DNA of 64,000 bases from the NCBI GenBank assembly GCA_964016885.1, contig OZ024753.1, positions 32,922,001 to 32,986,000 of the forward strand, in the 5' to 3' direction. Within the stretch, counting starts at the first letter, position 1. The number at the start of each line of letters is the position of its first letter. The stretch comes from Eledone cirrhosa. Taxonomy: Eukaryota. The notes below the pieces were generated by a model. That model ran no database searches and was not told where the DNA came from. It worked only from the letters and a program-made list of their open reading frames with translations. This document shows positions 1-13,435 of this stretch, one piece after another. A program made the position numbers and the translations under genes.

Positions 1-39
1 TTAGGCTGTTTACTCAATGCTTTCGAACATTAATGGTCA

Positions 40-105
<66 letters not shown>

Positions 106-111
<6 letters not shown>

Positions 112-300
112 CGATCGACTTTCTTCAAATCGGACCGAAGAAACAATGTTTCCAGTTGCTAATACTATCTATTGGTCGCAACTCCAGGTAGAAGGAGCAA
201 CGTGAAATAAAGTGTCTTGCTCAAGGACATAACGCATCTCCAGGTCCGGGAACCGAACTCACAACCTCACGATTGCGAATCCAATTCCCTAGCCACACGC
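106..300 (-). mobile_element. tRNA-derived SINE (different family, CORE/V-like body)
   Basis: Minus strand has B-box GAGTTCGGTTCCC followed by TGTCCTTGAGCAAGACACTTT. Confidence 0.7.
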
Positions 301-778
301 TATATATATATATGTATATATTTCTGAAGACAGCATATATATATGTGAAGGTATGTATATTTCCTCTTATAGTTTGTAATATTTTTACATAGATCTATAT
401 GATATACATACCAACACACATATATATCCTAGAAATGATCGTAGAATGATGAATTTCTTAATATAAGGAACTTGTTCTTTTTTTTTATTCATTTTTTTTA
501 TTAATTTATATCTATATATATATATATATATGAACCCTTAAACTATGATGTAGTTATTTCAGTTTTAACAGCACTCATTTTAAACCACTTGCCGAAAATG
601 TCCAGCTCCAAAATTAAATATAAACACCCATCATTTGATTTACGTTATTCTCAATGTTATAGATGTCATTCCACATATATATTTAATGTTATATAATACT
701 ATTAATACATACATATTTTAGTGATGACGGGATGCACTCGAATAATTATTGCACGATTTCTTAGATATATTGAAAATA

Positions 779-803
779 CCTTACCTGCAAAGAAAACAAA
801 ACA
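779..803 (-). promoter_or_regulatory. Recursive-splice-site-like motif (polypyrimidine-CAG|GTAAG)
   Basis: Minus strand reads TGTTTTGTTTTCTTTGCAG|GTAAGG. Confidence 0.4.
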
Positions 804-1469
804 TGTTTAAATAATAACCTGAGATAATATACACAAAGGAATTAGAATACAATCATGAGAATCTTCATAATATAATGAATATTGCATACGAGATACACTG
901 AATTAATATATAATAACCAAAGAAGAAAAAGGTGACCGAGCCGCAGGCTACTATCAATATTTTATCATAGAAATACAGTCAACGGAATAATTTCCTTTGT
1001 GGGAGGATTTCGTACATGAATGTTTTATTACATTACTCGTTAGTTATTGTTCATAACTTTCAAAACCTGTCTTTCAAACGTAAATACCCCCTTCAGGTAT
1101 TTTACCTTTGCCACGTGCTTAATAATTTTACAAGTTAACCAAGCATGGTTGTGTATTTCAGAATGTTGCATCGCATCTATGTGGTTTCGGGAACAGTAAC
1201 ACTGCATAGGAACTTGGGCAAACCTTTTCTGCAATAGCTTCGGATTGACTAATAACTTGGAGGGAAATTTGCAGAGGTCGAGTACATTCACATATACACA
1301 CACACATATATATATATATATGTGTCTGTGTTTGAGTGTCTGTATTTATATATATATATATATATATATAAATACAGACACTCAAACACAGACACACAAA
1401 CAGTTGGGTGGTTACAAACGAAAGGGAAGTACAATCATGCAATCAGCACAATTTGGAAGTTGAGAAGAG

Positions 1470-1740
1470 TTATATTAGCAGTTTCGCTTAACCCCGTGCT
1501 AGGGACAGTTTCAAAATGCGTTGTAGAAAAGGAGAGCAAAAATATGTGTGCATTTATATATTTGCGTATCTGTTTCTTATTCGTTTACTGTATACATCCC
1601 GTAACATAACTTTTGCGCAAAACGAGGTCAAGAAGATAAGCCCCAATCTTCAATATCTAAATATTGGGCTTTGTATGATCAACTGCATTCCTTCACAGTG
1701 GTGTCCCAGCATGGCTGCAGACTGACAGCAGTAAAATAAT
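1470..1740 (+). mobile_element. Old SINE (family B) ending in a CR1-LINE-like tail
   Basis: GTGGTGTCCCAGCATGGCTGCAG (1698-1720) matches the LINE 3' UTR GCGGTGCCCCAGCATGGCCTCAG. Confidence 0.6.
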
Positions 1741-2610
1741 ACGATTTTACAAACTAGTCGCAGGATATTCGTGACCACAGAGAAGGAATAAAATGTTAGA
1801 CATCTATTTTGGCTCTTTTGTTCGTGTATTGCATATCTGGGATTGCGTTATACAATGTTTTTCCATTTTCAAGGTGACATTGTCGGCCTAGTTTCTATGT
1901 CTAGAAGATCTTGCTATATTGTTAACAATTCACATACGGTTGCATATGATGATGTAAAGTCGATGCGTAATAATCGTTAATTATTCAGAGCCGTATTAAT
2001 CTATAAGGACAAAGTATTCAGACGGATATATGTTGGAAAATTGAAATAATGATAATAATGTCTATCCAGTTTGAATATCTCAGTTGTTTGTGTAAGGAAT
2101 GTTCAAGTCAATTTAAGTCTCGCAGTTTAGTGTAATTCATTGACAATTACCACATCATTAACAATATCTGTTTAAGAGTAGCTGAATATATTCCATCTAA
2201 TATCTATAATTCCATCAGCCGATATGAAGAAAAGCAAAAATAATGCAGTTTATGGACAATCAATTTTTTATTTTGATTTTTTTATTTATTTCATAATTGC
2301 TAATTTAGTTACTCCAGTTTCAATGACCATCTGTACGATTACTCAGACTAATACTGTATGTGTACGCGTGGTGTCTGTAAATTTCTACGGATGAACAATA
2401 TAAGATGAACGTTTAACGTCTAAAACAGTTAGGGTGTAGCATAATAATCAAATGATTGAAAATGGCAGAAAAATAATGTTATGCATTGAACCGTAATTCC
2501 TACCTATATGCAATGCAGGCGCAATAAAAAAGCGTTTAAACATACCTAACTTACTGCATTAAGCAAATTCAAGCAAGTAAATGGCATAGAAAATCTATGT
2601 ATTTAACAAC

Positions 2611-2840
2611 CTTTTCTTTCTTAACTCGGTTCAGTCATTAGAACATGACCATTGCAGGGCACCACCTTAAAGGATTATAATCAATCGTTTTCTTATTGAA
2701 GTCTGATACTTATATTATCGACCACTTTTTTGTCGAACCTAGATTACTTGTCATTAACACAGACACTGCTATACACCACTTCTACCAACTGTCAATTTAA
2801 AGACATCGGTCAACTCAAGGCTATAACAGCTGACACTTTC
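2611..2840 (-). mobile_element. Old SINE (family B) ending in a CR1-LINE-like tail
   Basis: ttcagtcatt...gaccattgcagggcaccaccttaa aligns with LINE tail ttcagccatcc...ggccatgctggggcaccgccctt. Confidence 0.6.
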
Positions 2841-3343
2841 TATTTGAAATAATCACTCAACTCTTATTTTCATTTTAACAGTATCAAATATTTTACTGAT
2901 CACAATTCTATTGAAAAAGAGAAACGAAAAACAAAAATATTTCTTAATGAATTATTGATTTTACTTCTTTTACTTCTTTCAGTTGTGAAACAATTGAATT
3001 TAGGAATGAAATCGTTAAACGAACCAATCGTTTGTTTTTAAGAAAACACTTCCAGCCAGCCTGTAATTTTTAATTAACATTTTCACCAAACTGCGGTGGA
3101 GTCTCAATGGCATCGATTTGAGGATACTTTTTTTAATATGCTATTTAAGTAGCTGAAATAGCCACAAATAATTGCAGGCTGAATAGTACAGATAACTATT
3201 ACTCTATTATATCATATATTAACTGATTCATTACTGAATTTCTTATGAAAAACAGCTATTATCTTCAAATTATTTTGATTGATTTACTAATATGACTAAT
3301 TTTCTAAATGCTGTGCGACACATACATTAACAGAGGTTTTTAC

Positions 3344-3531
3344 GTGGATTGGCAGTATCGGTAGAGGGTAGGACGCTATGCTTTGACGTATAGAGTTACG
3401 GCCCTTGCCATTCTGAGTTCAAATCCCGCCGAGGTTAACTTTGCCTTGCATCCTTACGGGGGTCTATAAAATAAAGAACCAGTAATGTATTGGGTAATTG
3501 CTGGCCTTGTGCCAAACGTAGAAACAATTAT
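3344..3531 (+). mobile_element. tRNA-derived SINE (family A), full length, moderately diverged
   Basis: A-box-like TGGCAGTATCGG and B-box GAGTTCAAATCC, then GCCTT(T/G)CATCCTT..GGGGTC.ATAAAATAAAG and a GTAGAAACA end. Confidence 0.9.
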
Positions 3532-6500
3532 AATTATTGGCATCAAAGGTTTTAAAGAGCTCAACAGCTACAGTTTCTGACGTTGATGTTTTATAACACA
3601 ATCTTTATTTATTGAAAGGAGGCTATATTTAAATTATATGTCGACGAATATGTATAAAACATAACATGTGGTTTCTAAAATGAAATTATACGATGAAGGA
3701 AATATTTCAACAATTCAAGAGCAAACAGAAAACGTTATAGTCAGCTTTTCATCTATGCTGCAACGAAACAATTTGGATACAACTCTACGAAAATATATTT
3801 CTGTTCTTAACTGTCAGTTTAAATACCATCTACCAGGCAAAATATGGCCTATTCCCTAATCCTTTTACTATATATATATATAACCGAATGTATGTGGGAT
3901 TAGTGGGATCAGGTCAATAGCTGGGTTGGTCATACTATGGACATATTTGTCCGCTAATTCTAAGATTACCGAGAATATCAAGCATTAATGAAAGCGTCTA
4001 TTGCGTATTATCATCCATGCTCTAAACATCTTCAAACATACATACAGAAGATATACAAAATGTTGTCCTTTCAGAATGTAATAGAAAATAATTATTTCAT
4101 ACTTATCATAGCTGAAGCACATTAAATCTATTCTTTTTATTTGGGGAATGTTACAGTATAATTATGTAATTTATTTGTATGGAGCTATAATTGAATATGA
4201 ATGCATAAGCGTATTAGTAGCTATAGTATATTTTTACACGCGAAAATACATAATATTTTGATTAATTTCTATTACGTATTATTGTTCTTCAACTAATGTT
4301 ATCGTTACACATTAAATGATCGTGATATCTATTTGGTTTTATAGTTAGAACATACGTTATCCGTGAATAAATACTAATCCTCTACAAGTTAACTACTATC
4401 TCTACAATGTTATTCCCATATCCAACTAGCTGGAGAGACTCTACAATGATGTGGGATCCCTAGAATTAAAAGCCCAAACCCTCTTCAAACTACACCCTGC
4501 TGTGATGAAAAGGGGATGACATATTGGATAATGAAGTCTTAGATTGGTAATGCTTGAATAAATTAAACTGGTTGATCATAACAGGAAAGATCTCAAACAT
4601 ATGTATGTTCAAGGGCTGACATGGAAGTGTGCAATAACAAACGAACCTATAACTCCCATGTCAGGTTTAATCCTTTCGTTACCTTGGTTCTAATATTATC
4701 GGTAAATATAAACACCTTTAAATAAACAGCTTTGTATAGACATGCCAGACAATGTTTCAGGCGATTTGACAATCAAAGGATTAAACAAATCCAATAAATC
4801 GTTCCTAGGCAACCACCATTCTCTAACAAGATTAGTACCATTCATTACCCTACTTATACTTGTGTTCTCAATCTGAAACTTTACTGTTACTACTATGTTA
4901 TCTGGTCCGCTGAACTAGTAAACGAGAGTGGGCTGAAACGTCCATAGGCTGGCTATGAAGGAATAACGCTAGATCTGTAAAATCTTATTAATAACTGTAT
5001 TATTTCCCTCCAGAGACTGTTAAAAAATAAACCTCATTTAGTCATACCATGAGAGTATCTTAGAAAGTCGATGAAGTTGTCAGCCGACCCTTGTAACTAG
5101 GTAATCTCTCACAATAATTGTTACATTTATGAGTGTTGTTGTTTTTTCAAGTTTCTTTAATAGTGTTTCTAAATGCTTCACTATCTAACCTTAGTAAATA
5201 AAGACAAATAACAAAGATTCAGTTCATATGTGAAAATTAATTCAATAAAACACATAGAATATACATTCGCGTATAAGTGGAACCGGCTTTTATATCGCAC
5301 TTCAATTTTACAGGCAACATTTACAATGCAGCGTCTATTTTGTATGCCGCATGATGCTTTTATCACCGTACATTCACAGGAAACCTGCGACTTATGCACG
5401 ATTATATATCCCATAATAGGGGAGCCATTTCCGATTAAATACCAAATACCAAAATAAAAATATAGAAGGAAAACTTCGAGTGCTCACATGCATGTTTGTG
5501 TGTGTGCGCGCGCTAGTATGAGTGTTTGTATGGTTGTGTGTGTATGAGAGTATGTTTGGGCGGGTGTTTTGTATGTGTGCACTTAAATATTTTCTTAAAA
5601 TCCTAATTAATAGTCAATTTGTTCTTACTATCTCATATTATAATATCGCCTAATAGAAAAGTGCACATCAACATTTAATTAACGTATCATATGTACATTT
5701 ATTTATACATATATCTTTAGACTCTACATAATTATATATACTTGCAGTATTAAAATAGTAAAGCTTTTCATGCTAGCTATACACATTTATCTAATGCGGT
5801 ACAAACGATATTAATATCAGATTCACTGTCATATGATACTGGGTTCGAAAATGAATGTTGAAAGCATCATTTGAAATTTGAAATTATACCAATCAATTGT
5901 CAACGTTTAAAAGCTGAGAATTTCATTTGCAATATTTATTTAATGAATGTCACATATCTAAAAGCATCGCGTATATTTGTGCTTCCATGTGCCATTTTTT
6001 CTACCAAGCTTATATTCATCTTTATCACGTTAAGTCATTTCTATTTGTGCATGAATAATACCCTATATTAAAACTATATTACATTAACTCACTCGCTGTA
6101 TTTTTCTATTATATAGAATTGCACTTTCGTAGTACGGTTTTCATTCGTTTCTTGTAACCCATCCAAGAAATGATTCAATTACATGTAAGAATTCATTGCA
6201 TCAGCCATATTTCCAAGAAAGTTATGATCACTATAACTACTGAACCGAAATGTATTTAGCTAAGAATCACATGATTCATTCCATTTAATAGATATAATAA
6301 ATGTACCCTTCCATTTCCGTTCACATGTATCTCATCAGAATCACAATGCAGAGAGGATATTATTATATCAAACTTACGATAATTACGTGTAGTTCAGCCC
6401 ATGTAGATTATGTTCTATTCAACACGCAATAGTGAGTGATAAATATATTTGTCACATCTTAACAAAATTGCTTGTATATATTTGTTTTATTGCTTTCGTT

Positions 6501-7063
6501 TTCAATTTTACGTGGTTATTATTTTCAAACCTGCATAATAGCCGCTGTTTCTGTTGTCACAGAGTTTGTATAATTTAACACATATTGCTATCATTACGAC
6601 TATTATTCATGCTGAGATAAATTCTATATCGATAATGATGATGAATGTAAAACAAAACGATTGCCAAGAAATGTCATTTTTTTCAAAACGAATAGAAAAA
6701 TTGCTGATCTACTTAGAATATGAAATTTTACAACAGCCATGCTAAGCTATGCCGGGATTGACATTATGTTCGAATGTAAAAATATGTTCATGAAATTATA
6801 TCAATGATTGAGGCGTTTTACAAAGTTCGCAATATTTTTTTCTTTTTAACAATATTAATCGAAAATGTTATGTGGAAACTTTGATGGGCTTCGATCGCTA
6901 TAGAAATTATTGAACTGACATGAGACATTTAAGTAATAGCTATGGCAACAAGCTATCGGCTGGGCTAAAATGTCATCTTTGCTTTGCAGCTGATCAACAA
7001 TGTTTATTCGACTCATGCCGTAGAATATATATTGTCAGTGAATGCACATATATATGTGTGTAT

Positions 7064-7106
<43 letters not shown>

Positions 7107-7139
7107 GAAAGTGATATATGTAAGGTCTCATGAAATTAT

Positions 7140-7510
7140 GGTCTCTTATATTACATTAAAAATAAATTATACAATGATAGAAATATGAAAAGAAAAAGAC
7201 AGAAATAAAATTAAGTAACGAAATTAGGTGGATGGGGTAAGGAAGTGCAGCTGTATAGGAAATTAGAGGAATGGAGTATAAATGCTATAAAGGAAATGAA
7301 AAGGATGGAACAAACAAGGACTCAGGGGCCACGGACAAAATGAGAAGGGCGGGTAGTGTTTCGGCTCCGTCTGGCGGACAAAACTCCAAAGGTATTTCCG
7401 CGATCTAAAGCCAGCGACGCCACTGCCGGCTCTCTAACGTCTTAGGTAAAATTCCCCCTCCTGTCAACGACTAGGCCGTGACGATTTCGCGTGTAGCGCC
7501 TATGGTGTAA
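7140..7510 (-). mobile_element. Probable 3' end of a CRE/RLE-type non-LTR element (second, 3'-UTR-only copy at ~23770-23945 +)
   Basis: Minus translation DVREPAVASLALDRGNTFGVLSA resembles the RLE C-terminal SLA..RGNA..IL motif. The pyrimidine-rich 3' UTR aligns by eye with 23770-23945. Confidence 0.4.
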
Positions 7511-10238
7511 TATCAGAAATGGAAAGACCAATAAAAAAATATATAGTTTTCTTGATCCAATCCACCAAACACCCCCATATCTTTTCTGAGCAACAGGCGT
7601 CGTGGAGCGAGAATGTTTTAAAATAATAAAAATAATACTTCATTTGAATAATATGCATCTTTTCTTACTGCGTGCGTGTATCACATATTATTCACAGTAG
7701 GCATTCATAAACATAACTGAGGCTTTCAGAGAATTACGTGAATATTTAAAGGCAACAAGGATAGAAAACATACTTGAAAACAAATAGAATTGAATTTTAG
7801 AAAAAGAATTCCGTGTAACATCGAACAAACCAATGTTTTCTTGTGATGTTAAAAAATATTATCGAGGCAACATCAGTATTAATACTACAAATATATATAA
7901 ATGACTAATGTATAGTTTAGTATAAAAACATACTTGTATCTTTCGAATTGTATAACGAGATTGTTATTATTAAAAGGAAAACGAAAAACATCTGTTGTAC
8001 ATCTCCATATAAATGAACCAAATATGTATAAGCACACGCACGCCCCACCCCCACCCCCCACATATATATAACACTATCTGTCGGAGCGACGGGGAAATAT
8101 AATGAGTTAGCTTCTTAGTTAAGATAAACCGGCGGACGGAACTGCATAGCTGTGAAGTGAACATGTTAACAATAGAACCATGCCTATACGTATATATATG
8201 CCAGTAAAGAGAATAATCATGAATCGATTTTATTACACCCATGGTCCCTCGTTAGTTAGGTCTTATATTTCGTGTTTTGTTTTGTTTTTCGTTACACAGT
8301 TGTCATCCATTTTATGATTGCAACAGCCAAAAGAATTATATATATATATAAAACACGCAGAAAAACGGATTCTGTTGCCTGAAAATAATATTATCTAGTA
8401 ATGATGTCAGATTAGCATTAAAAAAATACGAATTGGTAAAGTATATGCATCATATTGTTTTTTATTCATTTTTATTCTACTTACTGCATGGTATCTGGGA
8501 ACATATGAACCACTTTGACAATCTATGCTACTAATTCTCATAGGACAAACAGCAAAAACTACTTGAATAACATTGTAAAGATTTAAAACGCACGATATAT
8601 ATTGGAAATAAATAACAAATATTTGAATACTGTGGTGACTAGTAAGTAGGATGTAAGTTTTATAGTTAGACGAATTCCACCATATATTTACTGATGCCTG
8701 ACGTATTTATGTCGCTTCAAGATTATATTTGGCTTTTGTTTTTCAGATGATGCTTAGTGAGCAATTACTAAGTTCTAAGGAGTAGCACTCTGAACATCAA
8801 TCATAACCTATATGGTGTATATAAAAGATTTCGCAGTATAATAAGCTATAGATTGTATATGATGAGAAGTATTTTCGTATATATATATATTTCTTGGTTT
8901 CTTATTCGGCAAATATTTTTCTTCTTCCCCTTGACATAAAATAACAATAGGTCGTAAAATCCGAAATAATCCATAGAAGGTGTTTTGAAAGATGTTACTA
9001 CTGTTGTAGCCAACAACAATAGACACATTTTTGTTTTGTCCTATTTCCTTTTTCTCTCCTGTTATATTCCATGCTTTTATATTGATTATCTTTCAACCAT
9101 TGTCTCTACTAGAATCGTCTACACTTTGACTATTTAAAGGATTTCGAGTTAACAAAATGCATTGTTCTCAATGAAAATGTTTATAATCACGTTGAAAATG
9201 CAATAGCAGTGATTCTTACACAATCACATACATATGTATGTGTGTATCTATGTGTTATGTGTGTATGTGTGTATGTATGTATGTATGTGTGCGCGTGTGT
9301 TTGTGTGTGCGCGCGTGCGTGCGTGCATTTTATTAATTATTAATATTTACTTTTTTATAGAGATACATTAATGCAGATTTATAAGGGAAATCTGTTTGCA
9401 TGGGGATTAATGGAAAATAGAAGTTTCATTTTTATGCAGTAAAGCAGAGTTTTGTGGGGAAGAACAGACAGACTTTATTTTCATATAGCCGTTTGTTATT
9501 ATCGGATGACCATCTCTGGATAAAAGAATGATCACATTTTGTTCTGTCAGATTTGCATTTAATAAAATTATATAAAGCAGCATCTGTATAGAACTACACG
9601 AAGAATATTTAATCCATTTGAATAGTTTCTTTGATGTGTGTTAAACTGGAATCTGGAAAGAATTACGTACAAATCACTAACATACACATGCATAAAAAAA
9701 CGAGCGATCAATAATGAAAATATCCTAGCTAGCGTATAGAATAAATAAGTCTTTACAATTGTAAGTTCAAGGTTCGATATACAGCAATTATCTGCCAATG
9801 TGGTTTTAATTTCGTTTTAGCTGCTGTAATCGAATTGCTACTTTAGTTGAGTATACATCCATAATTGACTTTTTTTTTCGGCTATTAAATTCCATTATAC
9901 GAATTCTGTGTATCTGTTCGAAGTATTTCCTTGCATACTACAATTGATTTCTTACAATGGCAAAAAGCCAGATTTGTGCGTGGGAGGTAGAAGGGTTTAG
10001 ATTATCATTTTTACCGCAGTATATAACTGGTAGATATATTTTATCTAACCAAAGTTGACATGGGCATGATTCAAAATTGGAACTTGTATGTGTGTGTATA
10101 TATATATATATATATATACCCAAAACAGAAATGGTGAATTATAGAAACATGCATGCAGACTGACGGTACTGCAACATGGATATGTCAAGATTTTGGTCAA
10201 TTTCACACCTATTTCTGAAATTACATACCTCAAATAAT

Positions 10239-10418
10239 TGTTTCTACTTTAGGCACAAGGCCAGCAATTACCCAGTGCATTACTGGTACTTTATTTTATC
10301 GACCCCGTAAGGATGAAAGGCAAAGTCAACCTCGGCGGGATTTGAACTCAGATCGTAAAGGGACGTAACTATGCTGGAAAGCATGGCGTCCGACCCTCTG
10401 CTGATACTGCCAATCCAC
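10239..10418 (-). mobile_element. SINE family A, full length, with TSD
   Basis: TSD ATA(C/T)CTCAAATAAT at 10225-10238 and 10419-10432. Confidence 0.92.
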
Positions 10419-10513
10419 ATATCTCAAATAATGTGTCCTTGCCTTTCTCTCAATTATGCTCTTCCCGAAGAGTATGACAGCTAATAATTCAAAGATGCTA
10501 TTTTAAAAATAAT

Positions 10514-10638
10514 TGTTTCTACTTTAGGCACAAGGCCAGCAATTACCCAGTGCATTACTGGTACTTTATTTTATCGACCCCGTAAGGATGAAAGGCAAAG
10601 TCAACCTCGGCGGGATTTGAACTCAGATCGTAAAGGGG
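10514..10638 (-). mobile_element. SINE family A, 5'-truncated, with 18-bp TSD
   Basis: TSD TGCTATTTTAAAAATAAT at 10496-10513 and 10639-10656. Identical by eye to the neighbouring copy over the shared part. Confidence 0.92.
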
Positions 10639-11560
10639 TGCTATTTTAAAAATAATGATAGTCAAGAGACAATAGTTATAAAATATAAATCCCTCAAGAG
10701 TATATCAAAATGACTTTAAATGATTTCAGGGTGAAAATAACAAGATATGAAAGCGAGAGAATGGCACGTGTAGTAAAACAGGATATGAATAACACAGTAA
10801 ACAGGTGGATAGAGGACAAGTATTGAATAAACAGATGAAGAAACAATACTATATATGCCTCAACACCACCGAAGCCTACGCCTAAGCACATCTAACTGTC
10901 TATTGGCGATTAAACGATGACAAGCCAAGACAAACGCTTAATAAACCAATTATAACGATAGCCATAAACTAGGTATGATACTACTTCAATGTATTAGAAA
11001 GTAGCTCAAATACCAGAAACTGGAGTTGTGGAACACAATAATGTAATTTTCCTGAACTATATATGCATATGCCTGTGCATGTAGATGCGTGGCATGTATG
11101 TTTGTGCGTGTATGACGTACGTACGTGCTTATGTATGTATGCACATATAGATGTGTGTGTGTGTCTGTATAGATTTATGTATGTATGTATGTAAATCAAT
11201 ATGATGATCAACGAAACTTCACGAAATCAGTTTATAATTACACATAATCAGTTAGTGCTACACTTAATACACGAAATGGTTTCTCAAAGAAGAAAATTAA
11301 AATAATTGCAATAAATATTGAATTGAAAATAAATAATTTTCTTTCCTATATTTTTTACGAAGATGATTTTAGAAAGCGACTTATTTTGAAAAGCGAAAAT
11401 GCAGAAATTCGATAAAATTTGTCACTGTTGGAACATGATTTCGTTTACATATATAGTTTATATGATTGGGGAAGATTACTTTAAGTTTGTTAAACATTTG
11501 TGTTTGTTATATTTAGACTGGTTGAAAGCTGCTGTTGTGATACACATTATTTTCTATTAT

Positions 11561-11894
11561 GAGAGTAGGGAATATCTTAAACGAATATGACTATAGTATA
11601 GAATATCTAAAAAGAGAGAAACAAGATGAACTTTAATTGGTTTATTAAGCAGAGTCATAACACATAGTTCTAAACTATTCTCCTGATATATTGATTGTAG
11701 ACAAGAATATGAAATAACAGATATTTTATGTTCTCATCGACAGATCATATCTTTTCTCTCCATGCAACAGTACGCGTTGAATGCCGACACAAGTATTATT
11801 TAATGTCCTACTTTGCTCGTGTTTTACAGAGAAACTATTCTTCGTGACACGTTAAATATTGTTCATTGGTTATATATGCGTGTGTGTGTGCGTG

Positions 11895-11928
<34 letters not shown>

Positions 11929-12259
11929 TAGATAGATAGATAGATAGATACACACACACACACACACACAATGTTTTCTTAGTTTCTAGCCTAATTTATT
12001 TCCAAACTTATCGTTATGTACCGGGGGGGAATAATTTAGAGATAATTAACACCCAAAGGATACCTGAACGACAACATTGCAAAACAATATAGGTTCTTGC
12101 GAGAATCATATCATAAACAACGTGTTTAATAAACTTTAAGAATGTAGAAAACATACGAGAGTAGAGAATATCTTAAACGAATATGACAGTGTAGTATTGA
12201 ATACCTAAAAAGAGAGAAACAAGATGAAATTTAATTGGTTTATTAGGCTGAGGCATAAC
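11561..12259 (+). repeat. ~100-bp direct repeat pair ~596 bp apart
   Basis: gagagtag(g/a)gaatatcttaaacgaatatgac...ctaaaaagagagaaacaagatgaa.tttaattggtttatta at 11561-11661 and 12157-12259. Confidence 0.9.
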
Positions 12260-12960
12260 GCTTAGACTAAAACTCCAACGCATCTAAATCAAAAATAATC
12301 ATTGCTCTTGCTTATAACCAAGTAAAGTCTGATTAATGAAGCCTATGATGAAAAGCGTTCCAGTTCTTATTTCCAATTTATATAAACTAGTGACAACATT
12401 TCCAGTGTGATCTTCTTTTGAATTATGGTGGTTGGTTGCAATGTGGAGAATACGTAGGTGCTATTTCTAGCAGGACAAATAACTACGTAGAGGCTGCCTT
12501 GGTTGTTTGAATATCGCTTATCTTATTAACCCTGCTGGATAAAAGCACAACGATGATTATAACTAAATATCTGAAGACCTTCAGATTTGACATACACAGT
12601 TAACAATAATAATATTGTTTAAATTAGGCAAAAGGCCAGCAATTTTAAAGTAGGGGTAAGTAAATTATATTGACCACAGTTCTTTACTGGACTGGTACAT
12701 TATTTTATAGATCCCAGAAGAATAAAAGGCAAAATTGTCCTTGAATCTATTTGAGTTCTCATATAAATATCAAAAGGCATTGCCCCAGTGCTTTTATGAT
12801 CTTATTAGAAATACTTATAAGGATGTTCATAAAGATATTGAATTATTTTATTGGTTACAAGCGGACAATTATGGGAAAAATGTATGTATGACTGGACGTG
12901 TATCTTCTGATGAAGTCGTAGAAACACCGAAATAACATACGACACTTCCTAGGTACTTAC

Positions 12961-13006
12961 AATCTGGCAGAGCCCTTCTCCTCTCCAGGTCTGAATACTG
13001 CGGATT
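12961..13006 (-). CDS. Candidate 46-nt exon of an unidentified long-intron host gene
   Basis: Long polypyrimidine tract, AAAG| acceptor and |GTAAGT donor. All three frames are open (e.g. NPQYSDLERRRALPD). Confidence 0.4.
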
Positions 13007-13379
13007 CTTTTCAGAGAAGGAGAGAGAGAAAAGGGAAATGAGAAAGAGACTATTACTGTTTTATCGACTTCGAATGCTGTCGGGATTTGAAAGACTGCCG
13101 ATTTGCACCTATTTGAGGACAATACATGGATAAAAAACAAAACAACACAATAATAACAGTAATAATTTCGCTTAGTCGGAATTCGTCTTCGCGTAACACT
13201 TTACATTTCTTCATTCTATAGAAATCTCCCGAATATATTTCAAGACATTGATATTTCGGAATTGAAAATTGAAAACAACGGAATCTAAGTATTTGAAGTA
13301 TTTTATAATTATGATTCAAATTATGTTACATATTGTTGGGGATCTTAAAAATATAATTATCTCTCTCTCTCTCTCTATG

Positions 13380-13435
<56 letters not shown>

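Noticed and set aside
3344-3430. tRNA-like A/B boxes (also at ~19187, 28195, 28870, 37080)
   Set aside because: SINE heads; no complete cloverleaf.
7366-7507. Two CTCF-like motifs in a GC-rich island
   Set aside because: Partial matches only, inside what reads better as a retrotransposon remnant.
12907-12945. CTGATGA...GAAA hammerhead-like words
   Set aside because: No convincing stem II or stem III/cleavage triplet.
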